NCBI RefSeq assembly: GCF_009914755.1
Contig: NC_060926.1
Direction: 5' to 3' (one strand)
Length of the DNA stretch: 64,000 bases
DNA from: the human T2T-CHM13v2.0 reference genome, Homo sapiens
Shown here piece after piece: positions 30,371 through 47,686 of this stretch (position 1 is the stretch's first letter; each line of letters begins with the position of its first letter). Position numbers and translations under genes: made by a program. The notes beneath the pieces were generated by a model, which was given only the letters and a program-made list of their open reading frames with translations, made no database searches and was not told the origin of the DNA.

Positions 30371-31167
30371 TGCATAGTGATTGAGGGAAACATGCTATGC
30401 CTGTCTTTAAAGTTGATGCCAGGCATTCAGCCAAGATGTACCTTCCTGTGGTCTATTCCTGGATGCTTGGGCACTGATCTGCTTTCCGTGCAAGGTTTCT
30501 GGAGTCTCAGGTTTTCTTCCTTGAGACACAGTTCTGGGATTTTTCTCTCTTTACCATAGCTAACCCTCTTGTCCCAGTCCTGTTCTGTGGGTTGGATTTC
30601 ATTTCCTAATATTCTCCCTCAAGTATAAGCAGCCATTTTTGCTTTATTTAAAAAACCAAAAGGATTTTTTTTTAAAGGTGGTAAAAAGTCATAAATAGTG
30701 TATGATGGGTTATCCGTCCTTCTAGAAATGACTGTGTTTTTCTGGTGTGAGAAATTTCAGAGCTCAGTGAGCAGTCTTTAGGTTTCAGAACCGAGCTTCA
30801 TGTGTTTAGTCCTGTCCAGGAATCAGCAAACACACTTGTGAGAGGCAGCAGTTGAATACTCTTTTAAATTTAGAGAATCTCTGATTTGCTGTCACTGTGG
30901 AGAATTTCAATTATACTTTGAGATCTACATAGACTTGGTTTTGTTTATCAAATCTGTAGGATACTGCTTAACTCTTGAAAATCTTGGAGCTGATGTTTTA
31001 CTAGGCATATAAACAGATACATTTCTACCTATTATTCTTCCCATTCATTCATTCTTCTCCCATATTTTTGTAAGTAATAGAATACTTAAACTATAAATAC
31101 AGAAATAAGCCTACCTGAATAACTGGATTTTGCCCCTTTCCCTCTATTTTATCTATCTATCCCAAAG

Positions 31168-31323
31168 ACTTTCAAAATTGTGGACTATGAAGATGAGTTA
31201 GATTTGCTTTCTGTGGTAGCTGTTACTCAAATAGATGCTGAAGGAAAAGCTCACCTGGATTTCCACTGTAATGAATATGGAACTTTACTTAAAAGCATTC
31301 CACTAGTGGAGTCATGGGATGTG
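31168..31323 (+). CDS. DCAF17: DCAF17 coding exon (probably exon 13), 156 nt
   Basis: tatcccaaag|ACTTTC...GATGTG|gtgagt; TFKIVDYEDELDLLSVVAVTQIDAEGKAHLDFHCNEYGTLLKSIPLVESWDV. Confidence 0.95.
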
Positions 31324-32103
31324 GTGAGTAGAGTCCGTGGGATACAAAGTTGTAAACCTTTCCTTTATAGGTGCCATTTATTAGAACAGATGTTATTGTG
31401 TTCATGTCAGTCCAGACTCACCTATGCCAATGACCATGTGAAAGAGGTTTTGTCCTATATACAGGACAAAAGAGTACTTCTTAAGCCTTCCTCCCCTGGG
31501 CACTAGGGGATCCTTACCAGTGGCCTTAAAGATAAAACTTCATGTGTTTTCCTGAGACATGTTGTCTCTTTCCCTACCCTAGTCTTTGATTTTCTTTCAA
31601 TTGTAAATTTGGAAAAATTTTTTAAAATAAGAGAATACGGTAATCCCCACAATTATTTACTAGAGACCATATCTAAGCATGCGGGATTCCCAGGTACTCT
31701 TGTATACATTTGTCTGATATTTCAACTATTATAGAATGTCAAAGTTGTAAGGAACAATAGACATCATTTTATCCAGGTCTTGTTTTATCAGTGGAGAACC
31801 TGGGAAGTTTGGCACCTCGTAAATGATCACACAGTGAGATAGATAATAGCAGCGTTGGCAATAGAATCTGGGTATTTAGACTCCTGGGTCCAGAGTTCTT
31901 TTTATTCTCTATATTTTGTAGAATGCCTTTTTTGTTAATAATCTGCATATCCACAAATAATGAAAAATAAACCTCTTTCTAGCAACTATTTTCTTCTAAG
32001 TGTATGTTTGAAGATCCCTAGCATAGGTACTGTGACATTTTAGTAACACAGTAGTGAATATGGCTGTGTGAAAAGGACTCCATATGATTGTGTTTTGTTA
32101 CAG

Positions 32104-32244
32104 ACATATAGCCATGAAGTCTACTTTGACAGAGACTTGGTGCTACACATAGAGCAGAAACCCAACAGAGTCTTCAGCTGCTATGTTTACCAGATGATAT
32201 GTGACACTGGGGAAGAAGAAGAAACCATAAACAGAAGCTGTTAA
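32104..32244 (+). CDS. DCAF17: DCAF17 last coding exon (probably exon 14), coding part up to TAA
   Basis: ttgttacag|ACATAT; TYSHEVYFDRDLVLHIEQKPNRVFSCYVYQMICDTGEEEETINRSC, TAA at 32242-32244. Confidence 0.95.
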   Translation, partial: TYSHEVYFDRDLVLHIEQKPNRVFSCYVYQMICDTGEEEETINRSC

Positions 32245-34789
32245 AAAGAGTGAGATAATTGTAACCTAAGAGACTTTTAGCCAAACACCCCAGCAGCTGC
32301 GTCCAATCCATTTTATTATCTGCATGGCACATTCTCCAGTATTTTCCAAAAAAGTCTTGTGTTGACTTCAGATGACTATGACTTCTTTTTTAAACTCTTG
32401 CTGTAAAAGATGGTGAGGACTTCATTTTTTTAAAAGGTTTTTTAGAATACTGTTCCAAGAAGTTTAGTGTTTTGCAGCTTTGAGCTAGGTGGTAATGCAA
32501 ATATAAAATGCTGGGAACAGAAAAGGACAGGTTAATTCCAATTGTTGAGGAGTTAAGTCATTGATGGGGTGGGTCATTGATGAGTTCTTAAAGGATGGTA
32601 TGGAATTTTGTTTGTTAAGGCTAGGAAAGACAGGGAGAGACAAAAGTAAACATGCAGAAAGAAATCTTATATCCTCTATACCAAACTTTGCTTAAGGATG
32701 AGAAATGAGATGTGTTATGTGAGAACATTATTTTGAGCCCAAAATGTGTCATCACAGTTTTTAAAAATCTTATATATGTATTTATATGTGTTTCGTATTT
32801 GTATATAGTATCAGGAATTGGTTCTAGTTCCCAAATTATCTTTTCTTCCTTGGTTTTGTTCTCTTGGCTTGATGTTCACATTGAATATTTGTGTTTCTAT
32901 ATAGGCTAATGTAAAAGATTCCAAGCAAACCTTAAGTGAAATTGTTTTCTGATTTGCATCCTGTTTAGCTCTTAATGTATCTAAGGATGTTCTCATCTCA
33001 CCATTCTACTCATTTAGTGAGTTTTCTGATCTTGTTTAGGCAATATTTGCATACTTATGCAATAAGATAAAGGTACCCTTGCCTGCAGTAGTTCTGTTTC
33101 CTGTAGAAAAGTGGATAAAGAGTCCCAGAAGAAGTTCTTACTAGCTTGGGAGTTACCTGATTAACCAGAGAAAATTTTTGGCTTACTTATGGAACAAGCA
33201 TTATTTCTTCTTTGTTAGGAAAGATCTAAATATGGTCCTTGACTTTTAATAATCATTCTTTAGAATGTTAAATAAAGGCAACCCAAGTAAAGGGAGAAAA
33301 TGTTTCTTTGTGCTTCCTGTTTGAGAAATTCAGTTGCTTCCATTTCGCATGTTCTGCACATTTATCCGATGTAACCTCAAAAGAATAACTGGTAATAAGG
33401 GAAGGAAACAGCAGCAACAATCATTGCTGATTCAAGTTTAAGGTTAAAATATGGAATTTTTAGCTTGGATGATTTATATTAAAATCTTTCCATTTTTTTT
33501 TTCAGTTTTGGCTTGATGCCATGTTAAGAATGATGTGAATTCTTCCCAGTTCTGCCCTGGTGCTAGACATTGCCCCATACTTTCAATTAGACACTAGCTG
33601 TATCTAAATAGTCCCACTCAGTAAACTTACATCTTGAAAAACAAGACCAGTAAGAGGCCAGTGAAAGTACTAAAGAAAGAAACCAATGTTGTGTGAGTTT
33701 CAAAGCAGCTGCAATGCTGTGTAAAAGTAGAGTGTTCATTCTCCATTTCCAAGAGTGTTTCAGAATAGGATGTCTTAAGACTTCAGTCATGTCAGAGATT
33801 TTTTTTTTTAGGTGATTATTGAGTTTCTCCTTCTCCTTTAAGTCATCACCTTCCTTTTATGAAATGATAGTAAGGAACTCGTCTATTCTGAAAGGCATTT
33901 GAGAAATAGCTGAATTCCTGGCTGCTTTTTTGCTGGGGGTAGATGGTGGAATACTTCTGGTCTAGATATAACTTACCACTAAGAAACCCCCAGTATGTCA
34001 CCACTGCCTAAATCTAACTAGACCAGGGTCCAAATGCCATCCAGGCCAGGCAGGAAATATACCTCATGTGAAAGACAGTAAGGAGTTGTGGGCAGTGTAA
34101 CAAACAGGAGAGCTATGCCCCAACTAAAAGGAGCAGCTGCTACTGCTTAGTTTCAGCCAGTTGCAACAGTATGTGGGAATGTAGGCTGCATGGTTGTTAA
34201 CAAGATAGATGGTAAAAAGATGCCAGAAGATACAGAAGATAGCAAAGAATGTGGGGAATTTGGATACCACACATAGCGAGAGACAATGAAGCATGCTTCC
34301 CAGCTCGCCAGAGTGTCACACAGCTGCTCATTCTGCCACCTGCCAGACATTAATGTCTTCCTGCCCTACCTAAACCCCCTCTTTACCTGATATTTTAATT
34401 CGAGACTCTAGCTACATGCCCACCTACTTAACAGGTACTAGTGACAGGTACAAAACATTATGGGTAACAATTCTGAGTGTTTAATGCAAGCCCAGGTGAA
34501 GCAGGGTAGCTTCCATCAGCAGGTACAGACGTTACGCTGAAAAGAGGTGCATTCTGCATTGCACTCCTGGATCTAAGTTTCTGTATTCTCAGAGCATCAA
34601 TGCAGCAAGCTTATTGTTCCTCAATTTTTTACAATATTTATCACAACTCTGGGAGAAAACAAAACAAATCCTATCCTATTTACTATTTGTGCTACCTAGT
34701 GAGGAGATACCGCTCTGTTTAGACAAATTAAGGCACTTCACATTCTTCCACCAATTGAAAGTTTTGTATCTTACAGTTCTTTTTTTAAA

Positions 34790-35030
34790 TAATATATTTA
34801 TTGAGCACTTTCTATCTACTAGTCACTGTGATACAGTATAAGTAAAGTGGGTTGTCTCATTTAATATTCAGAATAACCACATGAAGTATGAACTGCCATT
34901 ATCTTTCCCCTTTGTACAAATGAGGAAAGTGAGGCTCACAGAAGTTAATTGGCCCAGGGTCCCACAACTAGTCAGTGCAGAGGTGGGAAACATAACCAGA
35001 TTTGTTCGGCATGAACTTGTGCCAAATTTC
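34790..35030 (-). mobile_element. MIR in the DCAF17 3'UTR
   Basis: MIR core tttgtacaaatgaggaaagtgaggctcacagaagttaattggcccagggtc; other MIRs at ~1900-2110 and ~9790-9900. Confidence 0.8.
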
Positions 35031-35714
35031 CTCCAAAGTTCTCAAAAGGCAAGGCATGTTATTTTATCCCAATTTAGCATACCAACAACTATAATACTAG
35101 ATATGTAGGAAAGTGCTTAATAATCGTTTTTTACTGATGATTCAGTGTCTAAATTTTGAACAAATTTGGGTAAGATACAAGTCACACATAAATTGACAGA
35201 AAATGTAGTTCTTCATTCAATGGTTAGCAGTCATTAAAAGGTACTTTCCCTTTGTTTGTGGTGATAATCAGTATTAGTAGTTTTCATATTATTTGGCTTC
35301 CATATTAATCATTTTTATATTTTCTTCTCCTTCTTACCATGTTTACTTATATCATCCATCTTTTAGAATCCCAGGGAGCTAATTTCTGGTCCCTGTGTTG
35401 CTATCAAATCTGTATCTTGCAGAAAGAATAATTTATTTCAAACAAGGGACATACAATAGAAAGATAAGACCTACTGAGGTCTTTTTCCCATCATTTTATT
35501 ATGAAAAATGTTCAAACATACAGTAAAATTGAAAGAATTTTATAGTAAATACTGACCACGGGGATTCTACATCTTACTCTACTTGTTTTATTATTTTCCT
35601 ATCCAGCGTACTTTTTGATGGATTTCAAAATAAATTGCAGTTGCTGATATACTTCCCCCTAGTACTTCAACTGCAGATTATTAACTAGAGTTTAGTATTT
35701 ATTTAGTTTTTAAA

Positions 35715-36420
35715 TTTTTTTGATTTAAGATTTACCTGCAATAAAATGTACAAATCTTAAGTATAAATTTACTGAGTTCTTGCAGACATATACACCTGTG
35801 TAACCCAAACCCTTTCCAAAATTTAGACCATTGCAATCATCTTCAGAAAGTTTCCTAAATCCCTCTCCCAGTCTATCCCCTCCCCACCCCTCAGGTATAA
35901 CTACTGTTCTCATTCTTTTATATCAAAGGTTAAATTTACCTGTTCTAAACTTCATATGAGTGAAATTATACAAAATGTAATGCTTCTTTCACTTAGCATA
36001 ATGTTTTTGAGATTTATTCATGTTGTTGCATGTGTCAGTGATTCATTTCTTTTTATTGCTGAGTATTCTTTCGTATGAATATATCACAGTTTGTTTTTTT
36101 ATCTTTCTGTTGATGGACACTGGGCTCTTTCTGCTTGTTTTTTACTGTTATGAATAAAGCTGCTATGAACATTCTTAGACAATTCTTTTGTGAACATGTG
36201 TCTTTATTTCTCTTGGGTAAATACCTGGGGATGGAATTTTCGGGTCCTTGGGTAGGTGTATATTTAGTTTAATAAGAAACTGCCAGACCTTTTCCCCAAA
36301 GGATTGTACGATTTTACATGCTTGCAGCAATGTAGGAGACTTCCACTTGCTCCACACATTCTCCAGCATGTGTGGTTGTTAGTCTTCTTTATCTTAGTAT
36401 TTATGCTGGGTGTGTAATCA
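35715..36420 (-). mobile_element. Old L1M 3' fragment overlapping the probable DCAF17 transcript end
   Basis: Antisense L1 3' end motifs; ORF 36175..36369 (VWQFLIKLNIHLPKDPKIP...GIYPREIK) is the L1 ORF2 C-terminus. Confidence 0.8.
36153..36158 (+). terminator. Candidate distal polyadenylation signal AATAAA
   Basis: tgAATAAAgc followed by GT/T-rich sequence (tcttttgtgaacatgtgtctttatttctct). Confidence 0.55.
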
Positions 36421-37431
36421 TTTCTAGTTGATACTCAGATTGTTTCTACTTGTGGTTAGCAACCCTCTTGTCAACTTGACCTCCTTCCTTCCCCAGGAAC
36501 TGCTGAAAACATCCTTTGTGATAATAGTTAAGATACCCCAAAACTCAGCTTGAATTATTCTTTCTCAAACATGGGATACATTGCTCATCAAAGAACCCTG
36601 ATTCCTTTAATGGAGATCATAGTTGGGAACAACCTGGGTTCTAAGGGCACGTGTTCCACCGTTTCACATGACTACTGGAGCTGGACAAAATGGCACTGGA
36701 GAAGAGGTCACAACAATCATTATAATAAAAGCAGAAAGGTGACTTTTTTCTTCAAAAGTTGAGTTCGTGTTATCATGTACATGATAACAGGTGAAATCAG
36801 GTGAATTTTTTTTCTCTAATATGAGAGCATATTAAACAAGCTGTATCCTTTTCTCACTAACTGTAGTATTCTAGGCCGGATATGTTGTGATAGCAAATTA
36901 GTATATTCAAATTTTAGAGGTGCACAAAATTTCAGAAGTATTTATTTATTTATACTCTTTTTGACTCTCAATTCAAGTGTCTTAGAATTTGTGCCAAAGT
37001 TTGCAGGTTCAGTTCCTTTCCTCATTATAACCTGAGTCCTATAGAAGGGTGAAGGTGGAAAGGAGGGGGACACTCAGCCTCCTATATAGGCACATTAAAA
37101 AACACCATGCTGTGAACACTAAGCTCTCAGATAGAACCCACTGAGATTAACAGACAATAGCAAGGAAAGGGAGGATTGAGATCAGCAATAGCCTGTAATA
37201 TTTGTCTGATACTCTCCTTTAATTCTTTGTTTTCATGAATACAAGTGTTATTCCTGATTAGAGACAACATTGAATTTTAGTTTCATAAAGAATTTTGGCT
37301 ACACTTTTTTTCTCAGAAAAACCAACTTTGCAAAGGTGGTAAATCCAATAAAAAGATGTCAGCAAATAAAATCAAATTATTAGAATTATCAGAGATCTTT
37401 AAATTTTCTTTATAGACTTATTAAAGTATAA

Positions 37432-37614
<183 letters not shown>

Positions 37615-38534
37615 TAGGAGAGATGTGGTTTCACCATGTTGGCAAGGCTGGTCTCGAACTCCTGACCTCAACTGATCTGCCTGCCTGGGCCTTCCAAAGT
37701 AAACTGCATGTATTTAAAGTACACAATTTGATAAGTTTTGCCATGAAACTATCACCACAATCAAGATAAAGGACATACCCATTACCCAAAAAGTTTTTTT
37801 TCCTGCACCTTTGTGATCCCTCCCTTCTGCCCCTCTGTCCCCACTTCCCAAGACAACCTCGGATCTGTTTCTGTAACTTCAGGTTAGTTTGTGTTTTCTA
37901 GAATTGTATATAAATGAAATAGTAAGTATTTTTATTTGCTGGCTGCTTTCATTCAGTACAGTTATTTGGAGATTCATCTGTATTGCATGTATCAATAGAT
38001 CATTCCTTTTTATTGTGGAGTAATCTCCATTGTATGGATATGTCTACAGTTTGTTTATACTGTGGCCTTTCGATGGACATTTCAGTTGTTTCCAGTTTGG
38101 GCTACTACAAATGAAGCTACGAGGTATAATTCTTTGTATGGACATACGCTTTATGTTGGGTAAATACTGAGGAGGGAATGGCTGGCTCCTATGTTAGGTG
38201 TATGCTTAACTTTTTAAGAAGTTTCCAAACTGGTTTTCCAAAATGGCTGTACCACTTCATATTCCCATTATCAGTATATGAGAGTTCTAGTTGCTTCATA
38301 TCTTTGCCAGCACTTGATATGGCCAATCTTTTTAATTGTGTATGGGTGTGTATATATATATATTACATATATGAAATTGTTTTTATGATCTCAGGACCCT
38401 GGATTTTTTTTTTAATTTTAGACATTCTAATAGGTAGTAGCATCTCAATGTGGTTTAAATTTACATTTCCCTTTTGACCAATAATGATAAGCACATTTTC
38501 ATGTTTATTTGTTGTGTGTATATCTTTTTGATGA

Positions 38535-38839
<305 letters not shown>

Positions 38840-39963
38840 TAGCCAAAATCTTCTGCACTTAAAATAGAAAGAGAGAGAGAGACTTACTATGTTATGTTGC
38901 CCAGGCTGTTCTCAGACTCCTGGGCTCAAGCAATTCTCCCACCTCAGTCTCCCGAAGTGCTGAGATTACAGGTGTGAGCCACTGCACCCGGCCAAAGACA
39001 CAAATACTAACAGACTCAAATTATTTTCTTCCCAGGACTTACAACCTTGGAGAAGCTCTGGGCATGTTGCCAGCCTCTCCCAGTCTTATCTCAGTTCAGA
39101 AGGATCATATACTGAATAAAATTATATCAGAAATACTTCATATCTAAAGTAGTATATCTAAATTATGTCTAAAGTTAGTTAATACCTGCTCTGACCTAGT
39201 TAATGCCTTGAACCTATTTTAGTTCAATGTACTTTGAAACCTTGGATCACCACGGAAGTGATGAAACTTCTAGTTAACAAAATTCATAAAAGTAACAGTC
39301 GGTGAAAGTGAAATTCATACTCAGGACACTCTACCTGCCAAGATAATATGCATCTATAAATTGACCTCTTAAATGAAATTTTCAAAAGAAAATTACCAAT
39401 AATTTAGCAATTTTTTTTGCCATATAGCATTTACCAGCAAATGCTCTGTAACAAATGTTTTATGGCTCAATTAAGTATTTTTTATTTTCTCTTAAAAGGG
39501 TATGTTCTCAAGTAGACAACCGTTTTTGAATCCTATTCTAAACACCACTTGTGTTTTTGAAAAGCACAAGCTCCAAAGGCACAGCTTTTCAAGTTTTACC
39601 TGTTAGAGCAACAAGACTAGTTAAAGCATGTTAAAAGAATTACACTTTAAAAGCCATTATAACACTTCATTTTCCTGTCTCTGATCTGTCTGCCTCTCTT
39701 TAAAGAGCAAAACCAGTGAGAAGTAAAGGAATTCCCAACCCCTACCTCATCTAAAACCTCAGCTGTTACACAACGTCTACTTGAAGATGTGCTGAATCCA
39801 GTGTAGACTTGAAGAAGTCCTTCGGCCTCACTGCCACACCTAAAAGAACATCCCAGATGTCCCATTCCCAGAGTTTGTCTTGGTCTGCCCTACCAGCTGG
39901 ACTCATGATCCAGTAGTTTCCTGTTTCAATTTCTGTAGAAAGTCTTGAGTGCCTCTGCCCCTC

Positions 39964-40097
39964 TGGAGTGATTATATAATTTATTGTCCAAACTCAGACA
40001 CTTTTGAAAGTGAAAGGAGATACCAATAATCATTATGTCTGGACAACAGGCAAAAACCAAGCCTATTCTGAGCAAAAGGGGGCATGTGGTCACCCTA
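39964..40097. mobile_element. hAT-Blackjack MITE (MER81/MER94-like)
   Basis: tataatttattgtccaaac...acttttgaaagtgaaagg...atgtggtcacccta terminal motif. Confidence 0.65.
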
Positions 40098-40771
40098 GCT
40101 AGAGCTAATAAAAGTAACCAGGAAATCGTAAATCTGCCCATTTACAGATTATTATTTCTTTTCAATCTGGTATGCCAGACTTCCCATAATGAATCAAGGG
40201 GGTAATGGACATAGTCCATTGAAACAATTTTCCATTTTTATCTACAAGCCATTTACAATCCCCTCTGCCAAGGGTGGTCCTATTGCTACCCTGGTATTCC
40301 TGGATCATATTTTCTTCTACAGTTTATCTATGTCTCCCTCAAATTAACCTAGCCGTTAAGGTCTGTTGTCTTTGTACTAGTCTCACTTCTGACACCAATT
40401 TGTACTGTCAAACAGGAAAGTGATATAAAGTAATATAAAAACACTAACAGACAGAGGATGGGAAACATTTCTGTAATAGAAAAGTATATGAAATGTACAG
40501 AGATGATCCCAAAAATGATGGAACAACACAGCATGCTGGAGGCACAGGGTTTACAAATTCTCACAAGGACATATAGCTGACGATATTACCTGCTACACAC
40601 AGTGATGTTCATCCAGGCATGAGCTACTCAATTTTGCTCTGTTATAGGGAATTTTATACTTTCCTGGTTCCAGAGACTCTTTAAGTGCCACCTGTTGAGG
40701 TACAACTAATACAAAGCAATCTCAGCACATGCCTCAGTTTTTACTGTGAGACTACATAAGATGAAGCATAA

Positions 40772-40909
<138 letters not shown>

Positions 40910-41547
40910 TGAGTAGCTGGGACTACAGGCGCCCGCCACCATGCCTGGCTGATTTTTTGTATTTTTAGTACAGACGGGGTTTCACCATGTTAGCCAGGAT
41001 GGTCTCGATCTCCTGACCTCGTGATCCGCCTGCCTCAGCCTCCCGAAGTGCTGGGATTACAGGCGTGAGCTGCCGTGCCCAGCCCTAATTTCCTAGTTTT
41101 AATATCCCTTAGCAGGCCTAGACTTCCCCATACCTGTCTGGAGTCCATTTCTACGAGTCCAATGTTGCCAGGTCTTGCCATTTTTTTAATGGTAGAAATC
41201 TTGATTTATGTTAAATGTTCCAGTTTTTTAAATGACAGCCCTTAATTAGAATCTTAAAATATTGCACAAGCCAAACAAAATTAACCTGCAAGCTCATGAC
41301 TTCTCTCCAACATACTCATGGGCTGTATCCCTAGCAAGGGCCAAGTATGTTTATTTCTAAACCTCTTTTTGCCAGTTATGTGTGTTATTATAATTATATA
41401 TTTATGACTTTAACCCATGAAATGTGATTAAAAATTTGCTTTTTCTTTTAAAAAGATTGAGAACTTTGGAAAGACTCGCTAAAATCAGGTCACTAGAAAT
41501 TGCTGTCAAATGCAGTGTGTTCAAAATAATTGTAAAAGATTGAGAGA

Positions 41548-42080
41548 TGTCTTAGCTTGGGTGCTCCCAAAAGGAGACCCTGAGGCAAAAGCTTATATGC
41601 TACCTCCTTGGTAAGGAGTGAAATCTCAGAGAGCAAAAATGGGGGGTCAGCAGAGTGAAGCAGATCCAGAAGGAAACCCAATATGAGGATGTGACATCAA
41701 GCTGGCCACCAGTAAGTGCAATGAAATGGTTAATCTCATGGTCACACCTCTGAGAAATCACATAAACCACACCTCCAAACAGTATGTGTGAGATGGGTTG
41801 GGAAGAATTTATGATTCCTCAGCTCTTATCTGCCACTCCTCAAAGATTCACCCCAGAACATAATCTCTCCTGAATTTTCAGATTGCCCAAGGCAGAATTC
41901 ACCTTGACATCAGTGGACAGGAAGCAAGGAGGACTCAGAGCAACATGACGTACATGAAGTACTGTTGGCTTGGCAGGTTGTGCCAGCAGGGAGTTCAGAG
42001 TCCACACAGAACAGTCTTGGTAGCAGTGGCTGGAACAAGAGAATAGTGAGGCCAAGAAGATCGGAATTAATGCAAGCTGT
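41548..42080. mobile_element. Old MLT1-type LTR
   Basis: tgtcttagcttgggtgctcccaaaaggagaccctgaggcaaaa start. Confidence 0.6.
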
Positions 42081-42199
42081 TTGATAAAAGAGGTAAATGA
42101 AAAAAAACTTGGATCCTGGGCTCAGATTTCTTCATATGTGTCTTTGAGTTCTGATCCACTGTAAAAATAACAATTCTTGAGGCCAGGCGCGGTGGCTCA

Positions 42200-42445
<246 letters not shown>

Positions 42446-42555
42446 TCATCTCAAAAAAAAGAAAAGAAAAGAAAAAAAGAAGTCACTGAATGTGTAACAT
42501 GCAATAATGAGAGAAGGCCTCTGGCAGCACTGCAATCCACTGTCTCTCCCAATAG

Positions 42556-43360
<805 letters not shown>

Positions 43361-43454
43361 TTCTGCTGAGGCGAGCAGATCACGAGGTCAGGAGTTTGAG
43401 ACCAGCCTGCCCAGTATGGTGGAAACCCCGTCTCTACTAAAAATACAAAAATTA

Positions 43455-43703
<249 letters not shown>

Positions 43704-43808
43704 TTAGGAGTTTAAGACCAGCCTGGCCAATATGGTGAAACACCCGTCTCTACTAAAAAAATACAAAAATTAGCCGGGTGTGGTGGCGGGCACCTATAGT
43801 CCCAGCTA

Positions 43809-45570
<1,762 letters not shown>

Positions 45571-47226
45571 TTTACATTATTTTAATCTATAATCTTGGAA
45601 CGAATGGAATTTAATGTTAACACTATTTACTTTCTTACTCCCTCCTTCTATTACGCAGGAAACAAATGGCAGTTTGATTCTAAGTGTATTCACTAATACA
45701 AGGCTGGGGACTGCCCCATGAGGGATGAGCATGAGGGCCATGAGAGATACTGCTAGGAGCCCACTTTGAAACAGGAGTTGGTGACAGAAGCAAGCCCCAG
45801 CCACTGGCCTCACTTAGAGCTGGAGGAACAAGATTTTATCCAGTCCTAAGAGGAAGTATGGGAGAAACACAAAGATGCTGCCAACACACCAGTACAGGCT
45901 CACCGAGAGGGGCTATCTATTCTATAATACTTAAGTATATTTCCCCAACCTTCAGGTGGATATGGTTTTCATATGCTCCTACAGTAAGTGACTGCACATT
46001 GTATGATGCTATGAAATTAATACCTGTTATTTTATAAATGTTGACACTACTAGGTGACAGCAAAATAGTGACTATGTTATTAGCTTGTATGCACTTCTGA
46101 GCAATTGTTAACCTTTTAAGCCTTTGAACCTATCAGAATTTCGTCAATGTGCTGTGATAAATATTTGTTATCATTTTGAACTTAATAGACTACATACAAG
46201 TGTTTAAGAAGGCTTTTGAGTCCTCACAGAGTAATAACTACACCACAGAGTAATAACTACTATAATAATAACTACATTACAAAATAATAACTGCTATATT
46301 TAGACACAATGACCTGTGTGGCTATTTCATGACTTTGATCACTGAACTCAGTAGGTGCTCTCTATCAGCAAAAAAAAAAAAAGAAAAAAGAAAAAACCAG
46401 AAGTCAATTGTGCTTTTAATGATGTAGGAATAAAACAAAATGCATTTTAATAACTATTGATACCTGCTAGAAGATATGTATATTAGATAGGGAGATGTAG
46501 CTAAAAAGTAGAATTTCCACATCAAAGAATACTATGATTATATACAGACTGATGAAGCAAAACTATTTTCATCTGTGCTGATGTTACTTTAAAATTCTGT
46601 TAAATAAGAAATCCCGTATTTAGGTGTGTTCAGAAGTGCATAGTCCCTGACAGTCATTCTGAGAATGTCATTTGGGTTATGGTACTGCAGTTAATGTGTT
46701 TAAATACCTAGAACATGTAATACTCATCTTTGAAGTCTTGAAAAATATATTGGCAATTCAAAGAGAATCCACAGATTTATCAGGAAGGAGCAGAATTGGC
46801 ACATAGTTCTTTTTAGCAGAACTGCCCAGACTCATGAAGGTCTGTGAATGAAGTACACTGCAGGATAGGGAAATGTCTTAATGCGGCAGCTATCCAAGAT
46901 GTGCAAAGCAGCTGGAAATGCCCCACTTGGGACTGGACTGTTTCAGGATATAACTGAGGACAGGAAACCTGGGGATCACAGTTCGGTGGAGCTCCTTGGC
47001 CTCACGATCAGCATCACAAAGGAAGGAACCTGGTTTGAAATGGTTTCTGACAGCATAATTCCTAAAGTTGGGCCTGTATCTCAGGAAAGAGGTCTAGATC
47101 TCTTCAAAGAACCTGGACAGGCACAGTGGCTCACGCCTGTAATCCCAGCAATGTGGGAGTCCGAGGTGGCTGGATCACTTGAGGTCAGGGAACCAACCTG
47201 GCCACAATGGTGAAACCCCGTCTCTA

Positions 47227-47508
<282 letters not shown>

Positions 47509-47523
47509 TCACTGGCAAAGAAA

Positions 47524-47525
<2 letters not shown>

Positions 47526-47554
<29 letters not shown>

Positions 47555-47592
47555 ACACACACACACAACACACACACACACATACACACACA
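47526..47592. repeat. Interrupted (CA)n microsatellite
   Basis: cacacacaca...caacacacac...catacacacaca. Confidence 0.9.
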
Positions 47593-47686
47593 AGTTCATT
47601 TGCAATTACAAAATTCAAAATGTTCAAAAATGAAAAGTAAATCACCCTCTCATCCTCTTTCTCGGTCTGTTTCTGAACTCTCTAGG

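Larger units (their letters stand above)
32245..36180 (+). other. DCAF17: DCAF17 3'UTR (approximate end)
   Basis: Alu-free stretch after the stop codon; AATAAA at 33272, 35629, 35740 and 36153. The distal end is inferred from my recollection of a ~4 kb terminal exon. Confidence 0.6.

Noticed and set aside
31324-31506. ORF 31180..31506 running past the exon
   Set aside because: A consensus GTGAGT donor at 31324 ends the exon; the extension is intron read-through
45660-45983. + strand acceptor at 45659 and a 28 nt mini-exon 45956-45983 (cag|...|gtaagt)
   Set aside because: Isolated and does not chain with neighbours, unlike the - strand blocks; it also shows that such signals arise by chance
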